From positions 2,138,201 through 2,202,200 of the forward strand of contig NC_092679.1 of NCBI RefSeq assembly GCF_964355755.1: a stretch of 64,000 nucleotides of DNA, given 5' to 3'. Both the position numbers and the translations under genes were made by a program. The notes below the pieces were generated by a model that did not search any database, was not told the origin of the DNA, and saw only the letters and a list, made by a program, of their open reading frames with translations. Shown in pieces: positions 36,801 to 51,051 of the stretch. This DNA is from Antedon mediterranea. Lineage: Eukaryota; Animalia; Echinodermata. The first letter of the stretch is position 1. Every line of letters starts with the position of its first letter.

Positions 36801-39800
36801 TAATTATAGGATAACTACGTCCTTGAATATATTTTCTTCTGTCCATAATTATATATTATTATTTGTAAAACTTAAGAACTAACCTGGCCAATGACGTAGC
36901 CTTGCATGTAGCGCGATGGAAAACGAGCAGCCATACCAAACATACCTGACTGATAGATGGCAGTACAACCTGCGAGTGTATTATAAACAAAATGTATAAA
37001 ACAATGCAAAAATTACTGACAAAATTGGTTATAAGCTCATCCCCATCTTAACCCATTAAATACGAAAAACTTGAACAACTTATAGCCAAAAACAAAATAT
37101 TATTAGTTTATGTAATTTTTTTTTCTTTTTTAAGATTTAATGTTATATCTTGGAGTGGGTCGAACCTAAAGTCTTTATGACTTATATAACTCTCCCCCAC
37201 ATGACTGAACTACTTTTAATTGCATTTATATGCAATTTTATTTATTAACAAACTAGTGTATCATTACGCTATTGTATATTATATGTTTTGTTAAAAATGA
37301 ATTGAATCTATTAAACTAATATTTTAAATGTAAAATGTTAAAAACTTACCGTTGATTACAACAATACTAGCCATTGTGATCATGAAGAAGACGCGTGGCC
37401 CTGGAAAGACAGATAAAAATAAAGAATACCTAACTATCTACAACACAAGTAAAATAATCAAATATGTTATAGAAAAAAACAACGCAATGGATTTCATGAT
37501 TGTTTTGATTGTAACGATTCTATTTTTTTAATATTTTTATTTATTCAAGAACATTCCAACAAGAAACAATGTTCCCACTTACAGGTGATATAAATATAAT
37601 ATATATATGTATATACTCAAAAGAATTAAAACACCCACCACCCACAAGTTAACGGGAAACATAGCAATGTACACTGCGTTTAAGTTTACTGTGAAGGTAC
37701 AGTAAGTCTAGGTTTAATGTTATACCATGCTTGTGTGCAATTAGACTGGACTATCGCACATCTTTAAAAAAATAGCCACTCTTTTTATGAAAATTAGGTT
37801 TGAACCCAGTGCTTTGGAATTATATAAGGCAAATAACACCCTTATAGATAATAGATTAACCCACTCATACCAAAGTTGACCATATGGTGCCATAAAACGG
37901 CCCTATACAATGCTTGAGATTATCAATCAAATATCTTTCAGTGTAAATATTTACAGTTGTATTCTTTCTGCAGGATATTTTTTTATGAATGCCATCTTTA
38001 TGTTTTGAAGTTAATGTTATATATTAATGTTACAGAGCACAAAGTGTAAATAAATAAATAAACTGTTGTGTATGTTAAGTATGGTTGATGATTTACTAAA
38101 GGTTTTTCTTTTTGTGAACTTTTTTATACACGGCCTGTTAATTGAGCCAAGTTTTTGTGTTTAAATAAAGCACATTATCATTATTATTAAAAACTGAAAA
38201 GTGAGTAATAGAGAATTACCAGGTACCACCCTGCAAAAGGTTATACAGTAGTTAAACATAATTTTATTTGATTTTAATAACACTTACAATCGCCAGTATC
38301 TATGATAGCAAGGCAGGTCGTCAGTATAAAAAGGAAAAACAGCATAATAAGAGACAAAGGAATGTTCCATCGTGATGTCCTGAAGAAAAAGAAAAGAAAT
38401 TGGCAATATTAGTAACTGTATATCTTTGTTTAAAAAATAAGTTTCATTATGCTGGAGGAGACCAGTGGCGTAACAACTATAAGCGCTCACTGGCTAAACC
38501 CAGGGGGCCTAGAGGTTAGGGGCCCAGTGGCATAACGGCTATGAGCGCTCACTGGCTAAACCCAGGGGCCCTAGAGGTTAGGGGCCCAGTGGCATAACGG
38601 CTATGGGCGCTCACTGACTAAACCCAGGGGCCCTAGAGGTTAGGAGCCCAGTGGCATAACGCATAAGCGCTCACTGGCTAAACCCAGGGGCCCTAGAGGT
38701 TAGGAGCCCAGTGGCATAACGCATAAGCACTCACTGGCTAAACCCAGGGGCCCTAGAGGTTAGGGGCCCAGTGGCATAACGCATAAGCGCTCACTGGCTA
38801 AACCCAGGGGCCCTAGAGGTTAGGGGCCCCGTGGCATAACGGCTATGGGCGCTCACTGACTAAACCCAGGGGCCCTAGAGGTTAGGGGCCCAGTGGCATA
38901 ACGGCTATGGGCGCTCACTGACTAAACCCAGGGGCCCTAGAGGTTAGGGGCCCAGTGGCATAACGCATAAGCGCTCACTGGCTAAACCCAGGGGCCTCAA
39001 AGTTTAAGGGGCCCCAGAGCATAAGCAGCCCCAATGCAACTACCCAGCGTTGGAGAGCCCTTTAGGATTGCTAAACCAGGGGATTATTTCCACTGGAGGA
39101 TATTCTTCTAACAGGCCACTATTTTTTAGCCTTTTTGTCAAACCAAGCTCTCTCGCGCTATTATAGAAATGAGAGCCTTATTATTAATATTAGAAATGAG
39201 TCACAGACTCTTGTAACTCACTTGTGTTGGAAGAACAGGGATATAACCATAAGTGTGATATTGGGGGTGAAGGCTGCAATTCCAAGGTAGCTCACAAACT
39301 TGTCTTTATATCCAACATCGGAGCTTAGGTTGCCAAACTTATGATCCGTAAAATACTAAAAAATAAGAAAAATTAGTATTTAAAAAAAATGGCTATGCAG
39401 AAAATTAAACAGACATTAGTTCAACTTTATAATATTAATCACAGACAACAAAATTGTGTTGAGAATTGAAGTATTGTGGTGGTACTGTAGTAAATATTTG
39501 AACACCCTGCGACTTGAACCCAACCTGGCTTTCAACAAAGCTAGACTTCCGCTAACTATCACTGCATACCACCGGCTTGTAATAACTTCTAATAAAAAGT
39601 GCAATAATCTTACCCCTTCAGCTGTTATAAACATGTTCCATGGTAGGAGTACACCAACCCCATGTAGCACCATAATCCAATACACAAAATTCCATCTGAA
39701 AAAAGGGAACCACATTTCTAATAAATTTTGAAAAAAAACACCCAAACATTTCATTAGGGCTATACCAATACATTATATATTCAACTTTGTTGGCATAATG

Positions 39801-42800
39801 CCAATTGCAAATTGACTTAAAATAATAGTTGCTAAGCTGTATACACTATCAAACTGATTATAAAATGTGACATGATGTGTGTCACTACCATATTTGGGTA
39901 TATCACTACCATATTTGGGTATATCACTACCATATTTGGGCACATTACACTTTTTTTGTCAAACTAGATTGATAGTGTAGACAGAGCTTTAGGATTTATT
40001 TTGAAACTATTGGCTTATTTTAAAGAAAAATAATAAAGAAAAATAATAGAATAGTGTGAAGAGGATGATAAACAGGAAATTCATGAAAAGATGGAAAGGA
40101 ACTTTAAAGGTTTGATAAGAAAGTTCCATAAAGCACCGTGAATCCATACACAGCACACTTGTTTGTTGTCAAACTGTCATAATAAAGATCACCTGTACTC
40201 CGACAATCACAGAGAGAATACCTTATCAGACAGCTGATGACGTCATAAAACACGCGCGAATCAGACTCCCTACCAACCTCAAGAACCTGTAGCATTCAAT
40301 GAAATACTTTGAACACCAGTGAGACATGAAATGATAAAACGTCATTCCAAAATGTACCCATAGCTTCAGTTTAATATTTCGACACTAATTACGTACCACG
40401 ATTGTACACAGATGTACCAACAACAGGAATGTCCAGAAATAATGAGTGTAAAGTTGACATTTGGCGTTCCATAGGGCCTGTTTCTATACCAAAGTATGAG
40501 TTTGTGGATGGACGGACGTAAACAATTCCTGTCTAAAATATTTGAAGTAACCCGTCAAAAAAAAACATGGACACGTACGTGTATAGAAAGATATGATATG
40601 AACTTGTGTTTACAAAAACAAAACGTATGCCTACTTCAACCAAAAAAGTACAGTATGTGTTATTATGTACTGTACTTTTGTTTCAGCTTTATCTTCGTGA
40701 ACATTACACTGTACCCGTCAACTGATAATTGACATAATATATTGTAGACCTATTCTGTAGGTCATGGTTGTCAAATGAATCATTTGGACCTTGTGACCCG
40801 CGGCTGTTAGGACCCTAGACATTTTTTTTACTGATACGTGGCATCAAATGGAACAAACTTGATACCCATAAGTTGAGGCTGTCAAAACATACCTCAAATC
40901 CACATACTGTATTTTACTGAATTTTAAATTTGTTGATGACATTTATAATAAATGTCCTTTCTCGAAAGTTAAAAGATTAAAAAAGTTGCAAGAGGCACGA
41001 TTTCGTCAACCCTAACCTCTGTCGTCTTTAAAGAGACAGCATCGACGTGACGTGTTATGATACTTGCAGTGACGTGTAAACGAAACGATTCTAGACTTCA
41101 TTCCCGACTTCATTGCTACTGTGCTTTCGACTTTGAAAATCAGTCAAACATCAAGGATATTTGTAGGAATTTCGATTAGATTATCGTTTTATTAAATACA
41201 TGTGATATTAGTAATTCCCTGAGTTTGTCCCCAACAGGTCGCCATTAGCCGACGTCATGTCGGGATCGATCCCTAGCCTACGGGTACGAAATTCATCTCC
41301 TTGCGACACTTATCCCTGGAAACCACGATATCATGCACATTGAAACATTATCAAGCTAAGCCATGGGGCAGACTGTTTCTAAAAGGGGAAGGAACACGAT
41401 ACATTCGGTATTACATTTATGCCGCATGGGTACAACCACCTTAACGGGTCAGGAAAAGGTGAAAACGTATCTTGTTGCTGATAACATTATAGAACGACTT
41501 CAGAAGACTTGGTGATTGTGTCGAGATTGTACTGTAAATTGCATTGTTGAAGTTTGTTGTAGTAGTATAGGCACATAAAATGAAAGTTCACATAAATATT
41601 GATGTCTCGGATTTTAGTTGATGGAGGCATCAACATTGCACGTACGTTAAATGCGTTTGGCAGCGCTCCAAAATTGCAAAGTGACGACTACACCAAAATG
41701 CTTCTAACGCTCCGGTTCCCACCAGAGACGACTTGACCAATCACAAGCGATAAAATGATTCGAACTGTCGCGTTGGTTAGTCAACTCTACGTTGCTTCCT
41801 TGCGTTGCGTCTCTTAATAAACCCTGCGCATGGAACAGCCAATCACAAGTGATAAAAACTGTATATCTTTTAAGCAACTTTACTGTATGCTCCTCGGCAA
41901 TACCGTTACAATATTAAATTTTACCAGGGTCGTCACACCTTTAATTCGATTTATTTTAAAGTAGAATTATGATCGTAACACGTTTACTTTACGTCGTGTA
42001 AGTTTCAACTCCTAATTAAAGTAACCTCTACTTTTACTAGCCTCTGGAAGTTTGTGAAATAACCTATCGTCTGCCTCGCATGAGGTCAAGTTTTTCAGAG
42101 AAATTTTATTACTAAAACAATAGATTTATTGGACAGGTGCTTCTCAAGTAAACTTTTATAAATAGAACATATGCTTTTTTTACTTTTATTGCAGAAATAT
42201 CTAAAGTTAAATTCAGTATGTCAGGAAAAATTCCGGTGAGGAGGGGGTCAATGTCAACGTTTAGTTTGAGGGAAACAAGGGTTTGTACACTGTACCTGTA
42301 CCACACTATATTCCTTTTACAAAAGTTTGAGTGACCGGACGGTCATAGGTCAAACAGTACCTATACTGTGCCTACAGAAATAGGCATCTCTACTGGAAAA
42401 CGATGTATATTTTACCCACCCTTCTTTTTTCTCTCTGACATCATCGATAAAAATGGTGAGCCAAAAAGACACGGACTTCAGATACAGTATTTTTGCCTCT
42501 TTATGTCGTTAATTTTTGAAAACTAATCCACTAGTATTCCCTATATTATAATACCCGGTGATTTTGTATCGCTGATGACGTCACTATTATAATACCAATT
42601 GATTTATATTGATTTTGTTGTTGTAATGAAGTATAATAAACTATCACCAAAAAACAAATAAATGTAACTAAAACTAGTCATTTCGCTAACATGAGTAGGC
42701 CTATAGTCTATAAGCGTAAAAAGATGATTTCAAAACTTGTTCTTCACCAAAAATGAATTAAATGATACATATTTACTTATCCGGCAAACGGTACGTAAAA

Positions 42801-44767
42801 TGACTGCATGCATAACTATAATGAGCTGATTAAATAACCTACTAGGACCGCATAAGTACATTATTTTACTCTCTGTAAAGACTGTCATGTCATGATGTCA
42901 ACATACCTGTCGGAGCACGTATTTTCCGCATTTTTAACAATTCTTCTTTTACCGGCTCCATTTGAAGTTTTCGAGATGTCCACCAGCGCATGTCCATTTT
43001 CAACATCATGACAGATAATTGTATCATTTCGAGGAGTTACATCTTCTAATTGTAAATTGTTGGAAACAAATGCTGGATTATCCATAACTGCGTGTTACTA
43101 CTCCAGCTAAAACGTGTACAGTGAACTCACGTTACAAGTGAAAGATTCGAACAAACGTACATAGTTGAAATCGTCACAGGGTTCCCTCGAGACACCAGTT
43201 CAAAAAAGTAACCCGATATTTAGGCATCCATATAATTTAGGTTTAGCAATCACATCCTAACGGGAGGTACGCGGATACGGAAGACATGAGGGCGCTGGCT
43301 ACGGTTCCGTAGTTATCGGACATCGTGGTTCCAACTAAAGTACAACAGACACGTTTGCGTTGAGCATAGCCAAGTAATTATGGCGCGCTATTGAAGTAAT
43401 AGGTGTTTGCGTCCAAAGCGTGCACGTTGCTAGTACAGAACATGACATCAATGTATTATCATATACAAAGGAGGGGTGTTTCTTGTATGATCGGGAGGTG
43501 GGGGCGGGGGTGGGGGTGTAAGAAAGAGCAAGAAAGAAGACATAGAAACTTGTTTCTCTTTCTTATGTAATGTTGTACACTTTACATAGTCTACTAATGT
43601 GAAAGAGGGCGCACCATATCATACCAATGTTGTTAGAGTTGTCAATTTGTCGATTTTATGATTTTATTTGCTTTACAATAATCTTTTTGTTGATCTGATT
43701 GTCGAACTGTCTTTTCCTTGTTTGCTTTGTTTGTTAAACTTCTGACAGAACAAATATAAACGAACGAAAAGATTGTGATAACTTACAACAACGGGTCAAT
43801 TATACGTCTGATTAGGTTCAAAAGCTTCAAAATTTGTTGCAACATTCTGTAAACCCTATCAAATTACTGATAACAACACATAATACGTCTGCAGATAACA
43901 ATTATGCAATACTCATCATTTTTTTTTTTTTTTTATGATTCGGATCTCGAATGGTTGTTTTTATACACGCAGTATCAACCATTATTATACGCTCTTTATA
44001 GGCCAATATTATAAAGCTAATTGTTTCCCACTAGGACGAAACGCATGGACGTACATCGTGTTTCTCACTAGGACGCAGAAACGTAAGCGGAACACAAGCG
44101 AGGTGACCAGACAAACGACAGTCTATGATCTATCGTTATTGGTCAAATTATTTGCGTTGAGCTTACGTCCTTTCGTTACGTCCTAGTGGGAACCAAGATT
44201 TGACATCACAAGCGATGGATTATTCGAACTGTCGCTTCGTTGCGTCTACGTTTAGGAACCAAGCTTAAATTACAGCGTTCACAGTTAAGTAACAGATCCG
44301 AAAATGGCATTATACAGTATTAATTAATCTATTTAAATAGTATGTTACCAAAAATAAAAACCATACCTTTAGTGGAAACCTTAACACCAGAGCATCTCCC
44401 AAAGCATTGATTAATTCAATATCTTTTACAAACAACCGTTACAAATAGTTTTTAAAAGATACATTTGAGTAGTAACTAACCTATCTGGCGGGGTTCTTCC
44501 AAAGTCAATGCTTTCCAATCTGTGTTTTTTCATGTCTGACGACGAACATTCTCCATTTTCCACCCGTACTTCCATCTCCATACTGGTCAAAGGAACCGCC
44601 GCGTACCCATTCCTAGAGCCGTTCATCTTTTCTGTGTTGCTATACTCGTTCATGGCTGAATACCCATTGTGATGTACTCTATGATCGTCAGCATATGTGT
44701 GTTCAGACACTTGGCCCCCGATTGCCCCGTCTGAACCATGATGCTGATTACTGCCATCTGGACCCAT
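33856..44767 (-). CDS. Equilibrative nucleoside transporter (SLC29 family), copy A; 504 aa or 468 aa depending on the first coding exon
   Basis: First exon 44767-44481 or 43085-42907, then 39695-39614, 39355-39222, 38379-38288, 37400-37350, 36969-36884, 36757-36709, 35909-35812, 35572-35456, 35092-34978, 34824-34739, 34386-34190, 33976-33856; both totals in frame. Motifs HGVGVLLPWNMFITA, AIYQSG..FPSRYMQG..GQGLGG, FFVTLSVFP, YFTPVTCFLMFN, RLIFFP..CNY, SNGYL. Confidence 0.92.
34583..34709. mobile_element. MITE family B
   Basis: Both TIRs, reverse core ATCACTACCATATTT. Confidence 0.78.
36191..36346. mobile_element. MITE family B
   Basis: Both TIRs, TTA flanks, two internal repeats. Confidence 0.8.
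38463..39095. repeat. Nine 60/62-bp GC-rich tandem units within a hAT-like element
   Basis: Units start at 38463, 38525, 38587, 38649, 38709, 38769, 38829, 38891, 38953. CAGTGG...CCACTG termini are flanked by GAGGAGAC / GAGGATAT. Confidence 0.85.
39835..39988. mobile_element. MITE family B
   Basis: Both TIRs, three internal 21-bp repeats. Confidence 0.78.
44015..44265. mobile_element. Degenerate family A relatives
   Basis: TTCCCACTAG/CTAGTGGGAACC termini and a CACAAGCGATGG core. Confidence 0.65.
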
Positions 44768-45760
44768 GCTTACGTCTTTGGTAATCTAGTCCTTTTGGTC
44801 TTTCTACAAACGTCTCTCTTCTTTCAGCCTCAGCGTCTGTTTCAGCCTGTGTGAACACAAACATGCGTTGGGTAATAACTACGACAAAGCAGTGTAAGGT
44901 ATGTTTACATTAGATTTCATATCACATCATGAAGAGCCAGTGAATAGAGTTTATAATACAGATAAAATGACAAGATAGACAACATTGTGACGTCACTTAA
45001 GATTAACGCATAATGAAATTACTAATTAAGATAACAATAACAAGTAGCACATTTTATACCAATACCAATAATATTATAAAATAGTCATTTTCGTCAAAGA
45101 ATATTTATTATTACTAATATATTAAGTATAGTACAGTAGGACATTTAATACCGTATTTTAATAAGCCAAGACTGAACACAAAAAAAAATATGATCAAGTT
45201 GCTGTCTATAGGCGGCGCTGTTGAACTTTGTTAAAGTTACCACAATCTTCAATCAATGCAGAAAAAGTAAAAACAAATTCACCGATAACGTAACCGATAT
45301 CGCAATCGTTGTCGATTAGTGCTACCAGTTTAAGTTAGTCTCTATGATCACCCACATAATTGTGGTGCACTACAGGAAGACGAATCGGTGCATTGATTGA
45401 GGCGTCAACAACTATGCTAACGTTATATTTCTCTACCAGTAAATTCCACACCCTATTTACATATTAATATTCATTAGGCCTATATACATAAAGCAATAAA
45501 ATATGTTGTAAGATTTATTATGGAAAACTATGAAATACTTTGATTTCTCTTTTTGAAAAAAAACCCCCCTCATTTTCAATTTTTACATAGAAATGCAGAC
45601 AGACAATGGTACTCTTTGTCTAATTTGATACGCTTAATCAGTGACGTCACTATTATATGGTATGTATTACAGTACTTCTTTCTACTCATCCACAGTATTT
45701 ACTGTAAATATATTAGGCAACAACATATCCATTACAATATTTAAATCCAAAGGCAAATTA

Positions 45761-45950
45761 CTGAAAAATGACAATGCTGTGGGTATCAGTGGCTGGATCT
45801 CAATGGAGATACACATAAAATAAGCACTGAAAAAAGTACAATGCTGTGGGTATCAGTGGTTGGATCTCAATGGAGATACAAAAAAAAATAAGCACTGAAA
45901 AAATGACAATGCTGTGGGTATCAGTGACTGGATCTCAATGGAGATACAAA
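45761..45950. repeat. Three ~65-bp tandem units
   Basis: ACAATGCTGTGGGTATCAGTG..GGATCTCAATGGAGATACA repeated three times. Confidence 0.85.
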
Positions 45951-46996
45951 AAAAAGCGCGAAAAGCTAAATCAAAACGATAAAGTAAAACAGCCAGAAAA
46001 GTTAGCAGAGAGCTTTCGGGCAACACTAGCCCTTTATCAATGCAAGTGAGTATAAATTACAATATCAAGGTAAATCAAGGTAAATCAAATCATTTCCACT
46101 TATATTCCAAGTTTCCTGGACTTTCTGATTGATCAAAACGTCGAGAAACTCAACAGTTCTTTTCAGAAGTAATATACGTAATAGATACTTCAAGTGAGTG
46201 TGCATTACAATATTTAAGATATCCTACTGTTATAACTAAGTTGGCATCAATCTACAAAAGTGTGTGTTCCTTTACAATAAAAGAAAAAACAACCTAACAA
46301 TAATAATAAAGAGCAATACCATGGCGTTTAAATAAACAGTTCAACAACAAGTCATTGTATTCAAATTACTACCGGTATTAGTACAAAAACACGTTTTTAA
46401 TAGTTTGTTGTTGTGTGTGGCTCTCTCTCTCTCTAAAATTACACAATTTGAGTAAATTTACTTCCGAATAATTTTTCTTCATTAACATAGGAAATTAATC
46501 CAAACGAACTGAATCATGATGAAAGATGTTCCTATTAGTACTACAGAATTAGTATGGAACGCCGTTTACGCCGGTTTTTAAAGGATTCAATTTAAGCACT
46601 CCATAGGCTATAAAACTCAAGTTAAAGATCCAGTCTCCGCCGATCTACGGACAAATTCACGTTCTCTATATAAACAATCCTAAAATAGTATGAAACATTT
46701 AGGGTGGTAAGAACACCCATTTGCAAGCAGCGTGATTTATAATTAAATTCATGGGAAGCAATTTGTGTGATTCCGTTCTAGATTCGTGATGGGAAAGAAG
46801 GCCGTTGTGACGTCTCATTAGAATTCAAGGTCACGGTTTATTATAGGCACTGAAACTGACGGTAATGGTTTGATTGTGATTATAACATATTCAAATATTT
46901 TCTTGTGAAGCCCCACACAGTTTAAGGATATTGTCATAGATGGATGTCCCATTCCTAACACTACTATTATTTATACAATATTTATATACATATTTA

Positions 46997-47062
46997 TGCG
47001 CCTTGAGCACTCTGGAGTGGTATGTGCGCTATAAAAATCTTATTATTATATTATTATTATTA
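46997..47062 (+). mobile_element. LINE/SINE 3' tail; an identical core lies in reverse at ~28835-28896
   Basis: ATGCGCCTTGAGCACTCTGGAGTGGTATGTGCGCTATAAAAATC followed by (TTA)n at both sites. Confidence 0.65.
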
Positions 47063-47220
47063 CATCGCAACAACGCAGCGGAATGAACATACAAACATGA
47101 ATAGATGAATACAATGCATGCAATGTTGACTAAATCAACATCCCCACATAGTGGAAATGGATGCATAATTAATTTGAGTTGAAGTGGTGGTAGTGGTGTG
47201 TTGTTTATCGCATCTCTAAA

Positions 47221-47427
47221 AGCTTGGTTCCCACTAACGACCCAACGTAACGCAATCTACGCAACGTAAGCAAATGCCCTTCCGATAATTATGTTTGCCC
47301 CCGCCTGCGTGAAATCAAACCTGCGATGTTTGCAGAAATGTTGCGTCGTCGGTTCCCACTTGTGATTACGCAATACAGAACTTTGCGTCAATACGTCACT
47401 GTGTTGCGTTCTAGTGGGAACCACACT
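47221..47427. mobile_element. Harbinger-type MITE sharing family A TIRs with a different interior
   Basis: AGCTTGGTTCCCACTA...TAGTGGGAACCACACT termini. Confidence 0.7.
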
Positions 47428-47662
47428 TTAGCGATGTGCAAGTGTTGAGAGTGCAATGACGTCGTGTATTTATGTACTATGTATGATTCTTCGAATCTCC
47501 TCGACTCGCACGTTTTCTGTCTCTGTTTTGGCACCAATTGACATTCATCAATACTGTGAAACTATCTCGACATCATGGAGCTATACAGCTTCATGGTCTC
47601 ATATACTATTAATGGCCACAATGGCCTACGTAGTACATATATTTGCCAAAGTGATCATATAA

Positions 47663-47749
47663 AGCTCTGTGCCTAAATTATGGTAGTGATATGACATCAT
47701 CGTGCCCATATGTTTCTTGTCATAAAAAGTTTGATAATTAGACAGGGCT
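47663..47749. mobile_element. MITE family B, internally deleted
   Basis: Degenerate TIRs and core. Confidence 0.6.
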
Positions 47750-48449
47750 TAACTCTAGTACAAAGATGGTTAATAAAGAAGATATTCCTGTTGCGAAGTT
47801 CATCCGAATTTTTCCTTACACATTTATGTTAGTTAGCGTCTACCCTTCTTATATCGAGTGGCTCAATCGCAAGTCCTTTCGGCATTTAGACGGCGCCTTG
47901 TGGTCACTCGCGCTGCCACCGGCGCCATATAATAATTGTCCAATACTAATTATTATTATTTCTATTGCATTATTCCTGTAATATTATTAATATCCTATAG
48001 GCCCACATCTGTTGGAATTACATCAAATAAAGTGGGATGAATTAGCTAGGAATGCTGCAAGGTCAGGCTTCGATTATGGAATACACATAGTATACACAGG
48101 AAGTCCCCTTATAATAACTGATGTATCGTATCATAAAAAACAATATTTGTCCGCTTCGGCATGCAGCCACGCACTGAATGCAACACCTCAGTATGTGGTC
48201 TATTATACAAGTGTTAAGTTCACGTGTAGTTGATACTTACTACAAATTGGTGTAGATAACCTCATAGGTTAGATCAATAACTTAGTGGTCACCGGGGACG
48301 AGGTTGTAAAAAGTGCAAGGAAACGGAAGCAGGTCTCGTCCTCCTTTTCATTTAACATTAGTAATAGGCCTAATGTTACATTGTGAAATCACTATAGGGC
48401 TATGAACCGACTTACGAAATAGCCACAAATTGCTGGAGCTTAAAACTAA

Positions 48450-48585
48450 AGCCATCAAACCTTATGTGACAAAAAAAATGTGATGTGCCCATATAGTCCT
48501 ATATGGACATGATGTAATATATTTCGGTATATCACTACCATATTTGAGACATAATACTTTTTTTGATAAACTAGTTTGATAGTGA
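48450..48585. mobile_element. MITE family B, degenerate
   Basis: Core and CTAGTTTGATAGTG end are recognisable. Confidence 0.6.
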
Positions 48586-50225
48586 TTGAATATAAAGTTT
48601 ATATAAAGGGCACAGATAATAAAAAAAAATAAATTCATTGTTAGTATTTATGAAAGATTTGAAAGAAATGAATACAAGTAGTGGTTTCACAAGAAAAAAA
48701 ATTCAACTCTCTCTCTCGCACAAATCTAATTTATGGCCGTGCAAAAAAGAAAAGAATAACAGTTCGTTGGCTTTATTAGTTTTACCTTGAATTTATTTGC
48801 TATTAGTAAAACCGTTTACCAACGATTTAAGTGAAAATGTATAATCTATTATTTGAATTTTCGATACGTTGTACGTGACGTCCAATTGGTCAGATTTTGT
48901 ATTTCTTTGTTAGTATTATAAATATTTATATATGGAAATGATGTGTAACAAAATGTTCATTAAACAGAATAGAAATTAAACCCAGGAGAGAAACTGAACT
49001 TTTCTATGAAAAGTGCAACGTACTATGAGTTAATTTGAGCCGTGATTCCGAAATTAAGTCGTGTGAAGAAAACAATTATCTTGTGAGAGCGCCACCAACA
49101 AACAATAATCAAATCATTTGGAATTCATAGGTTCAAAGAAAAGGCCTATTGATGTTGAAAATGTTGAGAAATACAATTTACAAGAAGTACAAAGTTCTGT
49201 TGGGTAATGGCGTTTGAAGGTGTCCATACATGGACATGATGATGTCATATAAAAAATCGATAACCACCACCTATTTTGCTTGGTGATATCAGGGAGTTAA
49301 TAACAACTCCCTGGTTATATCTATGGCCGCAATTGCAATTAATAAGTTAAGACATTACCACATTTCTATATTTTTTAAAATTTGAATGTAGGCTACTAGG
49401 CCTAAAAGAACAAAACAGGAATCAAAACACATTGCTGCCGATTTTAACAACAACAATACACTTACATGAATAATCGTGATGTATTGTTAAATCTTGATTG
49501 AACAAAGAAAGTCGAAAACAACACTACAAAAAGTCAACAATTGTCGGTTAGTACGCATGCTCAGACGAGTAAAAAAACACGCATTGTTTGAACTGTACTT
49601 TAAATCCAAAGATAAATGGCTAGTATAGTTATACCTCCTAATAACTTATTATTCATACCCAACACGAAGTAGTTCCGGTCCGAAAACTAGATCTAATCGA
49701 ATGCGATTGAACCGTAGAAATACCAGACAACCAATACATGTTGGTTTTTAAGGAAAAGTAAATTACAGTATTTCATGGTGTACCACACGTCTATTAATTT
49801 TGTTTCATTAATAAAATAAATATCAGGCGATCTTCTGTTGTACCTGAACAATAGTTAGACCTCACGGGTCGGTAGGCGCATTGTACAGACGAATAAAAGA
49901 TGCAAAAACCACCAGCAGTTAACGCAATATTACGTAATAATTCGTTTGAAACGACACAAAAACAGAAAAATTCTCAATCAAAAAGTTGATACGCCAATTG
50001 AAAAAACCCCAACAATCGTTCTCCAATTATTTCAAATATTTTTTGGCATAGACAAAATACAAAATATAATCTTGATTAGAAAACCACTCCTCTCATGATA
50101 ATTACATAATACCGTGTTATTGAAAAAGAACCGGATTTTCCCGATATACAATATTGCCAACTAAACGTTTCCTCGGGTAATTCGTGTATGATTCGACTGC
50201 TGTAAATATATCGGTTTTAGTTTAA

Positions 50226-50572
50226 AGATATATTATTCCTCTGAAAAAATAAATCTTAAACATTTTTGTTGAATTATACCAATTTAATGTCACATAATAG
50301 TTCACTTTGACCAAAAATATGATCGAAAAAAAATTATTTACCTAAAAAACTGTAATTGAAAGCAACAAATTGTCAATTTGCTGCAATTCAATGGGTTTTT
50401 TTTTTTGGTTGAATTTAACGATTTATTTTGTCATTTTATAAGTGAAAACATCATTTTGTTTTTCATTTTTTAGTGAGTGAGTTTAGTGATTAACTTTATT
50501 AAAACTACAAAATTGTTTAAAGTCTGATTTAATGAATCTTCATTTTACGTGTTTTTGGGAGACAATACATCT
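50226..50572. mobile_element. Kolobok-like element, reverse copy
   Basis: TTAA-AGATATATT...GACAATACATCT; interior homologous to 3438-3712. Confidence 0.55.
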
Positions 50573-51051
50573 TAAAAGGAACGAAAAGGCGTTTAAATGG
50601 CCTGTCTATGGAAATCTGCTCAATGCCTTATTATTTAAGAGGACTTTCCTTTTAAATCCCTTCTTGATCTATAAATAGTATTCATATAATAATTTAAGGA
50701 CGTGGGTTAACTCTGAGCGTTCGAGCGTGGATTATTAATATACCACGGTTATGCCGCATGTTTCCTGCGACCCGATGAAAGAGCTGTCAACATGGCGTGA
50801 TGACCTTCTGAGGTAAATCCCCTTGCAAAGGTCATCTAACGGACAATGATCTCTGTAGTTTATATTAAAAATACAAGGGTCCACTTAGCAATAATTATTT
50901 TGTTTGTACCGATTGTCGAGTAACTATAAAAAGTACAATAACAACGGCCGACGAGAGGCAAACATGAGAGCAGTTTACACGATACGGTATACAATTTATC
51001 ATAAACATTAATAATACTGTTCTCTATAAATTAATATAGGCCTAGGCCTAA

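Noticed and set aside
38463-39014. Regular palindromic repeats resembling a CRISPR array
   Set aside because: There are no unique spacers and no cas genes, and it lies in a eukaryotic intron; it is a plain tandem repeat.
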